From the NCBI GenBank assembly GCA_934162535.1, contig CAKPJC010000006.1, forward strand, positions 12,148 to 76,147: a stretch of DNA of 64,000 nt. Reading direction: 5' to 3'. The notes under the pieces are model-generated. The model saw nothing but the letters and a program-made list of their open reading frames with translations. It searched no databases and was not told where the DNA came from. Positions within the stretch are counted from its first letter, which is position 1; the number at the start of each line of letters is the position of its first letter. This DNA comes from an uncultured Clostridia bacterium (GTDB lineage Bacteria > Bacillota > Clostridia > TANB77 > CAG-508). Shown here one piece after another: positions 44,513-54,008 of this stretch. The translations under genes were made by a program, and so were the position numbers.

Positions 44513-45778
44513 ATATTGGTGTGTCCATACAAAAAAGTAATCAGTATCAGTAGTTCCATCTTCAAATGTACATTCAATTACAAAACGTTCCGTCATTATT
44601 GCTGGAGTATCTGGAATAAGCATTATGTTTCCATCATTTGCAAATTCGCATTTGGTTTTATATTTAGTACTTTCTTCCCATGCTTTTCCCGATAAAGTTG
44701 TATTCTCCTTAATAGTAACATTTGTTATTTTGCTACTTCCTGTATACTGATAAATTTTTTCTTTAGTAGTAGCTCCCCATAATTCACCTCCAATTTTTAC
44801 ATATGAAGGATACTTATCTATTACTTCAAAAAAAACACTTTCTGAGTATTTATTTTTTAATTCTATATATTCATCTTGATTGTTAACTTTATGCCATATT
44901 GCATCTCCATATTTTTCTCCAAGTACACCTCCTCCCGTTTCCCAATAAAAGTATGCTCCATCTAACTTATTGGTTATATAACTACTCCAATTAGAATAAA
45001 CCTTTATACTTCGTGTTATCGTATCTCCTTCTTTTACTTGATTAGTACAAGCCTCATCATAATACCAACCAGTAAATTTCCTATTTTCTTTTGTTGGTTC
45101 ATTATCTGGGAATTTTATAGTATTTCCTTTTACCTTTGTAAATACTTGATTTCCAACCATATATGTTGCTGTATTTACTGCAACTGCCCATTTAGGATAT
45201 AATGTTATATCTGCTGTTAATTTTTCTCCTTCAACAGCTTCACTAGTTAGTTCTGTATCATAATACCAACCAGCAAAATCCATTCCATCTGTTACAGGTG
45301 GTGTTCTTGGGAATTCTACTTGTGTTGCTTTTATTGTTTTATATATTTGGTCTTTTCCCATAAATGATATTGTAAATATTGTTGTCATTACTAATATCCC
45401 TATTTTGCCTAACCATTCCTTTTCTTTTGCTGTTGTTGTTCCATCATTATATCTTAATTCATTATCTTGTATAACAAATTTTTCAGCATCTTCATCGCTT
45501 ATTCCTTTTATTATTTTCTTTATTTCTTCTGGCGTTTCAGCATATATCCTTACTTCTTCTCCTGCATAACTTTGCTCTTCTTTTGTTGTAATGTATTCAT
45601 TTAATTCTGTTTGATAGTCTCTTATTTTTACACTGTATTTGGCATATTTTGTGTCATTCAGTATTCCATCTTTTCCTTTTATTGCTTTTAATGATACACT
45701 TGCTAATATTAATAATACTATTATTGTAATTATTAAAGCTATTAGTGTTATTCCTTTATTATTTTTTGTTTTTCTCAT
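43886..45778 (-). CDS. H2: paralogue of H1 with a different central cassette
   Basis: The start is taken at MRKTKNNKG (45778, RBS aggag). The track start is 45820. The 5' and 3' parts are near-identical to H1, while the centre (44513-45187) is unrelated to the H1 centre (42634-43197). Confidence 0.8.
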   Translation of the reverse strand: MRKTKNNKGITLIALIITIIVLLILASVSLKAIKGKDGILNDTKYAKYSVKIRDYQTELNEYITTKEEQSYAGEEVRIYAETPEEIKKIIKGISDEDAEKFVIQDNELRYNDGTTTAKEKEWLGKIGILVMTTIFTISFMGKDQIYKTIKATQVEFPRTPPVTDGMDFAGWYYDTELTSEAVEGEKLTADITLYPKWAVAVNTATYMVGNQVFTKVKGNTIKFPDNEPTKENRKFTGWYYDEACTNQVKEGDTITRSIKVYSNWSSYITNKLDGAYFYWETGGGVLGEKYGDAIWHKVNNQDEYIELKNKYSESVFFEVIDKYPSYVKIGGELWGATTKEKIYQYTGSSKITNVTIKENTTLSGKAWEESTKYKTKCEFANDGNIMLIPDTPAIMTERFVIECTFEDGTTDTDYFFVWTHQYCLAKGTKITLANYTTKNIEDITYEDQLLVWDFDNGCFSTAKPLWIKKVQEANEYNYIKFEDGRELKTVVDHRIFNMDSQRFTYTMNEQDTPLGTKVFLEDGATTRITEREVIHEKIEYYNIITDYHMNLFANGILTSLRLNNLYEIKDMKFIKDDRELVKREEYKNIPDKYFNGLRLAEQPKEINKGNDVKHTNTLEEYVQRIINMEK

Positions 45779-45830
45779 ATTTTTTTCTCCTCTTTTGATT
45801 TTATATTTATATAATATCAATAAATTTTAT
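45188..45830. repeat. 5' homology block, copy 2
   Basis: See 43198-43840. Confidence 0.85.
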
Positions 45831-45839
45831 CATAGTCAA
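45811..45839 (-). promoter_or_regulatory. promoter of H2
   Basis: Minus strand: TTGACT (45839-45834), 17 nt, TATTAT (45816-45811). Confidence 0.5.
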
Positions 45840-45857
45840 TAAATACATAAACTCAGT

Positions 45858-46811
45858 TTAAGGTTTTAATGCTGTAATTGGTATAACATAAATTCCATCA
45901 GGTCTTTTTACAACTGCATCATATAGTCCACATATTACACACATAAATTTAGGCTTTACCTCAGCTAATTCATAAAATCTTTTTAGACTAGCAACTGCTT
46001 CTTCTTCTTTATTAGCTCCTAGCTTTATTTCTATTGCTCCATATTCTCCATCAGCTATTTCTATTATTGCATCAACCTCTATTCCTGTATCATTCTCCCT
46101 GTAATGATATAGCTTAGCTCCTATACTCTCTGCATATATTTTTAAATCTCTTTCACATAAAGCTTCAAAATATAATCCCATTGTTTCTAAGTCATTTATT
46201 AGTTTTTCAGGTGTTATATTCAAAATAGCACACCCTAATGACGGGTCTACAAAATGTCTTTTTGGGTTTTTGCCAACATTCATTCTTGAACGTATTTTAT
46301 ACATAAATGAATTTTGGTTTTCAATTAAATGCAATCTATCTAGCACATCCAGGTAATCTGTGACTGTATTTCTGCTTATTGTTACATCTTCTTCTGTAAT
46401 GTTATCGTCTATCTCTTTCATTAATACATTATTACTAGAAATAGTACTCTCATTTCTAGCAAGAGATCTTAATAGCATCTCCATCTTTTGTCTATCCCTT
46501 TTTACTCCATCTATATCTATGATGTCTTTATCTAATACTGCCTCAATATAACTTTTAGCTATTTTCATTGCACCAGCTATACTAATATCGATTGTTTCTG
46601 GCCATCCACCTCTTACTATTAATTCAGCTATTCTTTGTAGTTCAGTCTTTCTTACTAGCTGGTTTTTTACTTTATTTTGAAATAATTCTTGTAAAGAAAC
46701 TTCTCCACCATTTTGGACCTTCTATACTAATTGCTCCAAATATTTCTAAATTTTCCTCTATTGATTTATCTATTAATCTCGGCATATATCCGTTTTTAGT
46801 TAATTTCATAA
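45858..46811 (-). pseudogene. AAA ATPase with DUF4143 domain, with the internal Walker region deleted
   Basis: The C-terminal 236-aa ORF (45858-46568) is the DUF4143 part. Upstream, my own translation from the ATG near 46809 gives MKLTKNGYMPRLIDKSIEENLEIFGAISIEGPKWW.. The typical N-terminus breaks exactly at the expected GPKWCGKT P-loop and then hits a stop. Confidence 0.6.
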
Positions 46812-46864
46812 AACCACCAACTCATTTCAAGAATATCATATCTTTTTATCTTTTTCAATAGTTA

Positions 46865-46939
46865 TTGTGCGATTTTTGACCATTTCGTTGTGCAGTTTTT
46901 GAGTAATTTGTTGTGCAATTTTTGACTTTTTTTGCACAA
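46865..46939. repeat. three 23-bp-spaced direct repeats TTGTGC(G/A)(A/G)TTTTTGA plus an inverted half-site TTGCACAA
   Basis: Repeats start at 46865, 46888 and 46911. The inverted TTGCACAA is at 46932-46939. Confidence 0.6.
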
Positions 46940-46970
46940 ATAAGGAGAAAGCTCGACTTTCTCCTTATTT
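46938..46970 (-). terminator. hairpin directly downstream of the SecF-like gene
   Basis: AAATAAGGAGAAAG-ctcga-CTTTCTCCTTATTT, a 14-bp perfect stem. There is no separate T-run, so its function as a terminator is uncertain. Confidence 0.4.
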
Positions 46971-46972
46971 CC

Positions 46973-47641
46973 TTATTGTTTATTTTCTTCTTGTTCATTT
47001 TTTACATTCTCTCTATCTTTTTCATTTGCTTTTGTTACATATAAAATTGTGATTACATACATTGCTAATACAAGTACTGGTGTAAAATCTCCAACTGGTA
47101 TCCTTGTTATCGCTATAATACTTAACAATACACTTTCACTAACTATTGGAATAAATACTGTTCTTCCTAATAGTTTTAATAACCCTATTTTATAATATCT
47201 TATTAGCATATATGCTAATACTATTAATGCTGATATTGCAAATGGCATAATATAATGTTTATACATGTCTGTTATTGTAAATTCAGGTATAATTGTTATT
47301 GCTGTGTTTTCTGCTGTTTGTTTAAATTCATAGTTTTCTTTTATTTTATTTACTATCTCATTTTTTTGTTCCTCTGTTATACTTGGAGCTTTTATTGTTA
47401 CCATATCTGAATATATCTCAACTGTTTCTACTACATTGCTTTTCCCTAATATATCATTTGCGATTTGTTTTACTTTTTCTCTATCAAATTCTTGCTCTAT
47501 ATATACATCAAAACTTTGCAATTCTTGATAATTTAATTGTTTATTAAATCCTATTGATGCTGTTACTATTATTCCTGCAATAATAATTATTAGTATTATT
47601 GCTATACAAATCTTTTTATTGTTCTTCATTATTTCTTCCAT
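46973..47641 (-). CDS. SecF-like membrane protein (short, divergent)
   Basis: 222 aa with an N-terminal TM, a periplasmic-type domain and only about 3 C-terminal TMs. The IRYYKIG...IPIVSESVLLSIIAITRI region resembles SecF TM2-4. Confidence 0.45.
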   Translation of the reverse strand: MEEIMKNNKKICIAIILIIIIAGIIVTASIGFNKQLNYQELQSFDVYIEQEFDREKVKQIANDILGKSNVVETVEIYSDMVTIKAPSITEEQKNEIVNKIKENYEFKQTAENTAITIIPEFTITDMYKHYIMPFAISALIVLAYMLIRYYKIGLLKLLGRTVFIPIVSESVLLSIIAITRIPVGDFTPVLVLAMYVITILYVTKANEKDRENVKNEQEENKQ

Positions 47642-47654
47642 TTATTATTGCCTC

Positions 47655-49136
47655 CTAGTTACTTTCTTTTAATTCCAATAGTGTTTTTGTTACTATTATA
47701 TTATATAGTGGAATTAGTATTATTCCCCAGAACATTATTAGTCCGAAGCTACTTAAACTTGTCCATCCTGAGAAGCAGAATGTTATTGATATTATTGCTA
47801 TTGGTATTAGCTTCCATATTTGGTCTTTGAATGTTGTTTTAAATGCTTCATTTAACATGTTCATTTTTTGTACTTTTTCTAATATTGATTTATTTATACT
47901 TAGGTTTATTAATAATGTTAATATTATTGCCCCAATTCCTTCTATTGAAATTAATACATTTGTGTATCTTATTAATAATGAAAATACTGCCATAAATCCT
48001 ATAAATGATATTGCGCTTAATATTCCTTTTCCTTTGTATTTTATTGATAATGCTACTAATACTACTAGTAGTATCGCTAACATTATTATTGCAAATGTTA
48101 TTATTTGTTTTTCAGATATTTCAGAGTATACATATCTATTGTTTTCTATTTCATATTCTACTGGATATTTACCAGAATTTATTAACATTGTTAGTTCTGC
48201 TGATTTTGACATATTGTTGTTTATTGATGTATTATTTGCTGTTTTACTTCCTATTTTTACTGTTATTTTGTTTTTTTCTATTTTGTCAATTTTATATTCT
48301 GTTCCTGCAATTGTTAGTTTAGATATTTTTTTTGTTTCTTCTTTTGATTCTTCATTATTTGTTTGTTCTGCGTTTTCATTTTTTTCCGTGCTTTCAGCAC
48401 TTCCATCTGTTTCTGTTGTTTCTGTTCCGTCTGTACTGTTTTTGTCTGTGCTTGTTTCTTTTTGTGCATTTTCTATTTCTTCTATCTCATTTGATAAAAA
48501 TGCATAATTTGCTGTTTCTTGTTCAAGTTTAGCTTGTCCTTCTTTTGTTAGTTCTAGTTCAAGATATACTTGATATTCTCCACTCATGTTTGATTTGTAG
48601 TCATATTTTGCTTTTTTTATCATTGAGTCATTTATTATTTCTGTTCCAGCATCTTTGTCTGTTATTTCAACTTTGTTTTCTGCTGTTAAATAATATGCAT
48701 ATGTGTCTGTTGTTTTGTCTTCTGCAAGTTCTACTCTTATTTTTCCATCTTCTTCATTTAATGCAACATTATAGTCTTGTGCTTTTAATTCTTTTAGTCT
48801 TTTTTCAACTGTCTTTTTTACTGTTTGATAATTATTTATTCTTTCCTGTTTTGCTTCTTCTGTTTCTTCTGTAGTATCTTTAGCTGTTTCTGTTCCTTCT
48901 TCTTGATTTTCCTCTGTATTTTCAGTTGTTTGTTCTGTTGCAGTATCTTCTGCTTCTTTTACTTTTAGGTCTATTATTCTTTTTCCTTCAAGTTCTTTGC
49001 TTAGTGCATAGTCTTTTACTTTGTTTTCCATTCTATTTTGATTTTTTACATATATTCCTGCAAAGGCTATTAATGTTACTAATACTATTGCTAATATTAT
49101 ACTTGTTATTTTTACTTTTTTCATTTTTGTTTCCAT
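47655..49136 (-). CDS. SecD-like membrane protein (divergent, acidic low-complexity insert)
   Basis: 493 aa with an N-terminal TM and a large extracytoplasmic region. The C-terminal TM bundle carries GIGAIILTLLINLSINKSILEKV in place of the canonical GIAG.ILTIGMAVDANV.IFERI. Confidence 0.5.
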   Translation of the reverse strand: METKMKKVKITSIILAIVLVTLIAFAGIYVKNQNRMENKVKDYALSKELEGKRIIDLKVKEAEDTATEQTTENTEENQEEGTETAKDTTEETEEAKQERINNYQTVKKTVEKRLKELKAQDYNVALNEEDGKIRVELAEDKTTDTYAYYLTAENKVEITDKDAGTEIINDSMIKKAKYDYKSNMSGEYQVYLELELTKEGQAKLEQETANYAFLSNEIEEIENAQKETSTDKNSTDGTETTETDGSAESTEKNENAEQTNNEESKEETKKISKLTIAGTEYKIDKIEKNKITVKIGSKTANNTSINNNMSKSAELTMLINSGKYPVEYEIENNRYVYSEISEKQIITFAIIMLAILLVVLVALSIKYKGKGILSAISFIGFMAVFSLLIRYTNVLISIEGIGAIILTLLINLSINKSILEKVQKMNMLNEAFKTTFKDQIWKLIPIAIISITFCFSGWTSLSSFGLIMFWGIILIPLYNIIVTKTLLELKESN

Positions 49137-49148
49137 TCCTTCCTCTTT

Positions 49149-49808
49149 TTATAGTAGTTTTGTTCCATTTATTACTATTTCAAACCATATGTTTAAAAAT
49201 TTAGCAGCATATTTGCTCATCATTGTTCTGTCCATGAATATCTGAAAATAGTCAAGTACTGGACATATTTCTGTGTCTATTTTTAAGTTTAGTATTATTT
49301 TTCTTTCTTTTTCTTCTATTTGTAAATTTGCATCTGTTACAGCATAATTTACTCTATCATGTATATCAAATGTTGACATATTTGTGTTTATTACTCTGTC
49401 TCTATGAACATCTGATTTATCTGCTAATATTAGTGCAGCTGATATTTCACTTACTGCTGTTCCTGTGTTTTCGTCATGGTTGCCTATTGCCATTACAATT
49501 TCTGTTCTGTCTTTTGCATCCATTCCCATTTCTTTTAGAATGTTGTATGCTAGTATTGCACCACTATGTGCGTGGTCTACTCTGTTTATACAATTGCCTA
49601 TGTCATGTAAGTATCCTGCGATTTTTCCGAGCTCTACTGTTTTTTCATCATATCCTAATTTTTCTAATATTTCTCCTGTTCTTTTTGATACTATTCCAAT
49701 ATGTCTATATGAGTGCTCAGTATATCCCAGTGCTTCTAATTGCTTTTGTGATGCTTCGACAAATGCATGTACTTCTGGATTTTTTATGACTTCTTCTAAG
49801 GTAATCAT
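49149..49808 (-). CDS. HD-domain phosphohydrolase
   Basis: 219 aa with HSYRH, GYLHDIGN and GNHDE. Confidence 0.8.
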   Translation of the reverse strand: MITLEEVIKNPEVHAFVEASQKQLEALGYTEHSYRHIGIVSKRTGEILEKLGYDEKTVELGKIAGYLHDIGNCINRVDHAHSGAILAYNILKEMGMDAKDRTEIVMAIGNHDENTGTAVSEISAALILADKSDVHRDRVINTNMSTFDIHDRVNYAVTDANLQIEEKERKIILNLKIDTEICPVLDYFQIFMDRTMMSKYAAKFLNIWFEIVINGTKLL

Positions 49809-49893
49809 TTTTCGCCTCCTTTTGTCTGTATAGATTTTACCCTAATTTTCTAAAAATATCAACTACTTTTTCATTTTTTTCCATTCTATTTTG

Positions 49894-50274
49894 CTATTTT
49901 TTGTTTATTCCTATTATTCCTCCTAGCATCCCACATATTATTCCTGATATTATTATTATTACTGATTGTACTGTTAATATAAAATTATGGTTTATTATAC
50001 TTGATATTATATATATTAGTGTTAAATATACTCCTCCTATTATTGCTCCATTTAATAGTCCATTTTTCTTCATTTTTGTATTCCCTATTGAACTTCCTAT
50101 TAATATACTTATTGCTGTTATTACTATTATAAATGGATTTATTAATTTTTCACTGATATTTGTGTATGTTAGTAATATTGAGAAAATAAATAATAATATT
50201 AGTGTGGCTATTATTGATATTATTACTCCTTTTATTATGTATTTTATGTTTTTGGTTTCTTCCATTTTGTACAT
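49894..50274 (-). CDS. small 4-TM membrane protein (TIGR04086/YrzE-like)
   Basis: 126-aa hydrophobic protein with GGIIG-type glycine motifs. Confidence 0.45.
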   Translation of the reverse strand: MYKMEETKNIKYIIKGVIISIIATLILLFIFSILLTYTNISEKLINPFIIVITAISILIGSSIGNTKMKKNGLLNGAIIGGVYLTLIYIISSIINHNFILTVQSVIIIISGIICGMLGGIIGINKK

Positions 50275-50298
50275 TCCCCCTTTATTATATTTTATTAT

Positions 50299-50336
50299 AC
50301 AAAAAAGATAATAGAACTTTTTTGCTCTATTATCTT
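50299..50336 (-). terminator. terminator of the rhodanese gene
   Basis: AAGATAATAGA-gcaaaaaagt-TCTATTATCTT followed by TTTTG on the minus strand. Confidence 0.7.
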
Positions 50337-50340
50337 ACTT

Positions 50341-50661
50341 TTAAATCATATTTAGTCCACCTTCTAAGCCATATACATTTGTGTATCCTTTTTTTGTCAT
50401 CTTCATATATACTATTTGACTCCTACTCCCACTTTGACAATATAATACTATTAGCTGATTTTTGTTTGGTATTTCTCTTTCTATTGTTTTGTCTATTTCG
50501 TGTTCTGGTATGTTTATTGCATTTTTTAGGTGTCCTTCATTATATTCTTGTTTGCTTCTTACATCTATTAAGATTGCTCCTTGTTTTATTTTGTTTTTTA
50601 ATTCTTCTATTGATATTTGCCATTGTTTTGTGTTTCTATAATTTCTTCTTCTACAAAACAT
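50341..50661 (-). CDS. rhodanese-like sulfurtransferase domain protein
   Basis: 106 aa with active-site loop CQSGSRS. Confidence 0.85.
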   Translation of the reverse strand: MFCRRRNYRNTKQWQISIEELKNKIKQGAILIDVRSKQEYNEGHLKNAINIPEHEIDKTIEREIPNKNQLIVLYCQSGSRSQIVYMKMTKKGYTNVYGLEGGLNMI

Positions 50662-50728
50662 GTTTCTCCCCCTTGGTTTATTGTATTCATTTATATTGAA
50701 AAGAGTACTTGTATTAGAACAAATAAGA

Positions 50729-50793
50729 AAAATCGATAGCTTAATACAAGACTACTAATAAAGTAACCTCGATTAATACTATCGATTTTTGAT
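50729..50793 (-). terminator. long hairpin/terminator downstream of the ferredoxin gene
   Basis: AAAAATCGATAG...CTATCGATTTTT with an extended inner stem. The T-run is on the minus strand. Confidence 0.5.
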
Positions 50794-50832
50794 TATAAAT
50801 AATTTACAACATAAGGTCTCTTGTTCTATTAA

Positions 50833-51006
50833 TTAATCTTCAAAAGGTGCCTCTACAGGACAAATACCTGCACATGTACCACAACCTATACAAGCTGATT
50901 GGTCAATTTCAAAACAACTTTCTCCTTGTGAAATACATTCTACAGGACAATTTGCTGCACATGCCCCACAACTTATACATTTTTCACAATCTATTTTGTA
51001 TGCCAT
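50833..51006 (-). CDS. 2x[4Fe-4S] ferredoxin
   Basis: The start is taken at MAYKIDCEKCISCGACAANCP... (RBS gaggtgg). It has two CxxCxxCxxxCP motifs. Confidence 0.88.
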   Translation of the reverse strand: MAYKIDCEKCISCGACAANCPVECISQGESCFEIDQSACIGCGTCAGICPVEAPFED

Positions 51007-51041
51007 ATTATCACCACCTCTCATATTTTACTACTGCATTT

Positions 51042-51941
51042 TTATTTTTGGTCTTCTTTTTCTAGCTTTTCTAATTCTTGTAATTCTTTTTGATATTCTT
51101 TCTCCTCTTGATCCGGCTTTTCTTTTGCAATATCTTTTAATATTTTTATGTCTTTTACATCATATTTTTTGTATGTTGTTATGTCTCCATCTCTGAATTT
51201 TACTTTTACTACTTCTTTTAGTGTTTCTACTCCGTCTACTTCGCCTTTTCCATCTGGTGTTTTTACTATTGCTCCTATATTTGGTAATCTTTCTAGTTTT
51301 TCTTCATATACATTTTGTTCATATTTCAAACAACACATCAATCTTCCACAATTTCCTGAGATTTTTGAAGGATTTAGTGATATATTTTGTTCTTTTGCCA
51401 TTTTTATTGATACTGTTTCAAAATCACTTAAAAATGAACAACAACATAATTCTCTACCACATACTCCATTTCCACCAATTCTTTTTACTTCATCTCTTAC
51501 CCCTATTTGTCTTAGTTCTATTCTTGTTTTGTATATTGATGCAAGGTCTTTTACTAAATCTCTGAAGTCTATTCTTCCATCTGCTGTAAAATAAAATAGT
51601 ATTTTGCTGTTATCAAATTTATATTCTACATCTGTTAATGTCATGTCAAGTTTATGTTCTTTTATTTTTTTTGAGCATATTTCAAATGCTTCTTTTTCTT
51701 TTATTTTACATTCTTCTGCATGCTTTATATCTTTTGGTGATGCAAGTCTTACTACTTTTTTTAATGGTGCATTTAATTTTTCTTCTTCTATCATTCTATT
51801 TGGTACTGCTACTTCTGCTATTTCTTCTCCTTGTGTTGTTTCTACTACTACTTGGTCTCCTTTTTTTACTTCTAACCATTTTGGGTCAAAGAAATATATT
51901 TTTCCTAATCTTTTAAATCTTACCCCTATTATTCTTTTCAT
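51042..51941 (-). CDS. yaaT: PSP1-domain protein (YaaT/RicT, stage 0 sporulation family)
   Basis: 299 aa with the Cys cluster GNGVCGRELCCCSFL...CGRLMCCLKYE. It lies downstream of holB, as in Bacillus. Confidence 0.85.
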   Translation of the reverse strand: MKRIIGVRFKRLGKIYFFDPKWLEVKKGDQVVVETTQGEEIAEVAVPNRMIEEEKLNAPLKKVVRLASPKDIKHAEECKIKEKEAFEICSKKIKEHKLDMTLTDVEYKFDNSKILFYFTADGRIDFRDLVKDLASIYKTRIELRQIGVRDEVKRIGGNGVCGRELCCCSFLSDFETVSIKMAKEQNISLNPSKISGNCGRLMCCLKYEQNVYEEKLERLPNIGAIVKTPDGKGEVDGVETLKEVVKVKFRDGDITTYKKYDVKDIKILKDIAKEKPDQEEKEYQKELQELEKLEKEDQK

Positions 51942-52824
51942 TCATTTCCCCCCATATGTTAAATATCATGTTGTCTATACACATGTCATAATTACTGTTT
52001 GCATTTATTCTTTTTTTTGTGTCTTCTATTATTTCTACACATTTAACGTATCTTATGTCTTCTTTCCATAATTTTAATAATAATGAGTTTATATATTCTA
52101 ATATGTTTTTTATTTCTTCTTTTGATTTGTATATTTCCTCTGCTTCTTGCTGTATTTGTATAAGGTCTTTTCCTTTTATGTTTTTTACCATTTGTTCTAT
52201 ATTACTGTATAGCTCTTGATGCTCTTTATAGTTAATTGCTTGCCCTATGCTTCCTTGTGAAAGTTCTATTATGTTTTGGTTTATCTTTTCTTCATAATTG
52301 CTTTCTATATATTTTTTTATTTCTTCTTCTGTTAAACCTTCAAAATGCATTCTAGTACATCTTGATTTTATTGTTCCTAATAGGTTGTTTTCATTTGCTG
52401 TTACTAGTATTATTGTTACATATTTTGGTGGCTCTTCAAGTGTTTTTAGTAGACTGTTTTGTGCCTCTGTTGTCATTGTTTCTGCATCGTTTATTATGTA
52501 TACTTTTTTTTCTGATATTATTGGTTTCTCTGCTACTTTTCTTTGCATTTCTCTTATTTTTTCTATTTTTATTTTTCCTTGTTCTGGTTCTATTTCTATA
52601 AAGTCTGGATTGTTGTTTGTGTTAAATTCTATACATGATTTACATGTACAATTATTCTGTTTTGTTTTTGTACATAATATTGCTCTTGCAAATTGTTGTG
52701 CTATTAGCATTTTTCCAATTCCTTCTATTCCCCAAAATATATAACTATGTGATATTTTTTGAGTTTCTATGGCTTTTTTTAATATTTCTTTATTTTTTTC
52801 GTTTCCTATTATGTTTTCAAACAC
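51913..52824 (-). CDS. holB: DNA polymerase III subunit delta'
   Basis: 303 aa with HSYIFWGIEGIGK, the Zn module C.C..C, and TANENNLLGTIKSRC. Confidence 0.85.
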   Translation of the reverse strand: MFENIIGNEKNKEILKKAIETQKISHSYIFWGIEGIGKMLIAQQFARAILCTKTKQNNCTCKSCIEFNTNNNPDFIEIEPEQGKIKIEKIREMQRKVAEKPIISEKKVYIINDAETMTTEAQNSLLKTLEEPPKYVTIILVTANENNLLGTIKSRCTRMHFEGLTEEEIKKYIESNYEEKINQNIIELSQGSIGQAINYKEHQELYSNIEQMVKNIKGKDLIQIQQEAEEIYKSKEEIKNILEYINSLLLKLWKEDIRYVKCVEIIEDTKKRINANSNYDMCIDNMIFNIWGEMNEKNNRGKI

Positions 52825-52830
52825 TTTTTA

Positions 52831-53481
52831 TTATACTCCTCCAAATTTTGATAATGGCCAAAATCTAAATAATACTTTTCCTTCTATTTTTTCTAATGGT
52901 ATACATCCGAATGACCTACAGTCTGTACTTCCTGTTCTGTTGTCTCCTAGTGCAAATACACAGTTTTCTGGAACCGTGAAGTTTGTTACATAGTTTTCTA
53001 CTCTGTTTCCTGCTGTCATGTCTGTTACTACTCCGTCTTGTAAGTAATCTTCTTCTAGTTTTTCTCCATTTATATATACTGCTCCTTCTTTTATTTCTAC
53101 ATATTCTCCTGGTAGTCCTATTACTCTTTTTATGTAACTTTTTTTGTTGTTTTCAAGTACATAGTATACAAATCTGTTAAATGCTCCTTGTGGCTCTTTT
53201 TCGTATTTTGCTACCGGGTTTTTTAGGTCTAAGTCTTCTTTTTGTATTTTTATTGCTGATGGTGCCTCAAATGTTATTATGTCTCCTCTTTTTGGTAATT
53301 CTTTTGTTGTTCTTCCCCATCTATTTAACCATAGTCTTTCATTTGGTTTTAGTGTTGGATCCATTGATGTCTGTTGTACTATTGTTGGTGTTCCTATATA
53401 GTATCTTACTAATAGTGCTAGTGCTACTGCTACTATTATACAGATTAGCCATTCTATTATTTCTCTTAAATTTGATTTCAT
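52831..53481 (-). CDS. lepB: signal peptidase I
   Basis: 216 aa with an N-terminal TM, SMDPTL, IKRVIGLPGE and GDNRTGSTDCRSFG. Confidence 0.88.
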   Translation of the reverse strand: MKSNLREIIEWLICIIVAVALALLVRYYIGTPTIVQQTSMDPTLKPNERLWLNRWGRTTKELPKRGDIITFEAPSAIKIQKEDLDLKNPVAKYEKEPQGAFNRFVYYVLENNKKSYIKRVIGLPGEYVEIKEGAVYINGEKLEEDYLQDGVVTDMTAGNRVENYVTNFTVPENCVFALGDNRTGSTDCRSFGCIPLEKIEGKVLFRFWPLSKFGGV

Positions 53482-53590
53482 TTTTTACCATTCCTTTTCT
53501 CTTGAATCTCGATATTTCTTATTATAAAACAAATATTGTTTTTTTTCAATGTTTTTGCATTATTTTTATATATTCAAATGATTACATCTA

Positions 53591-53623
53591 TAAAAACGGC
53601 ACCCAAGTTTATGGGTGCCGTTT
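53591..53623 (-). terminator. terminator of the GC-rich 99-aa gene
   Basis: AAACGGCACCC-ataaactt-GGGTGCCGTTT followed by TT on the minus strand. Confidence 0.8.
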
Positions 53624-53648
53624 CCAAATAAGGTTTACTCTGTATGGG

Positions 53649-53948
53649 TTACTTCTGAGAAGTGTACTCGTCCAGAGTAATGTAGCGGGTGTTCCTCATA
53701 GGATGCTCCCTGTCTTTCAACAGAGAAATGAGCTTGTCCTTCCGCTCCTTGCTAACCGACTTGGGAAGCAAGAAAATACGTGCCGGATTGTTGTCCGCAG
53801 GGATTGCTTCAACCCCAAAATTCTTATCGAGGACATCAAAGGTGTCCTTGATAAACTCGTCCTTGGTATCTACATCATCAATGACGTAGACCCCTCCGTA
53901 CCGAGCGACTTCTCTCGCCCACTGGCTTGCTCTAGTGTTGGTATCCAT
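53649..53948 (-). CDS. hypothetical 99-aa protein, compositionally foreign
   Basis: MDTNTRASQWAREVARYGGVYVIDDVDTKDEF... I do not recognise the family. My hand count gives 146 G+C in 300 nt (53641-53940), against 16 in 60 nt at 54061-54120. Codon usage (CTC, GAC, AAG, CGG) is unlike its neighbours. Strong RBS aaggagg. Confidence 0.7.
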   Translation of the reverse strand: MDTNTRASQWAREVARYGGVYVIDDVDTKDEFIKDTFDVLDKNFGVEAIPADNNPARIFLLPKSVSKERKDKLISLLKDREHPMRNTRYITLDEYTSQK

Positions 53949-54008
53949 ATGATATATCCTCCTTATTGGAATATAAAATTTTAGAGCTTTTTGGCTCTAT
54001 ACCTACTT

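Noticed and set aside
50700-50832. Possible riboswitch or T-box upstream of the rhodanese gene.
   Set aside because: Only one long hairpin plus a T-run is present, with no recognisable conserved riboswitch core. The simplest reading is the ferredoxin terminator. The partial match to the 138-nt repeat is noted under that finding.
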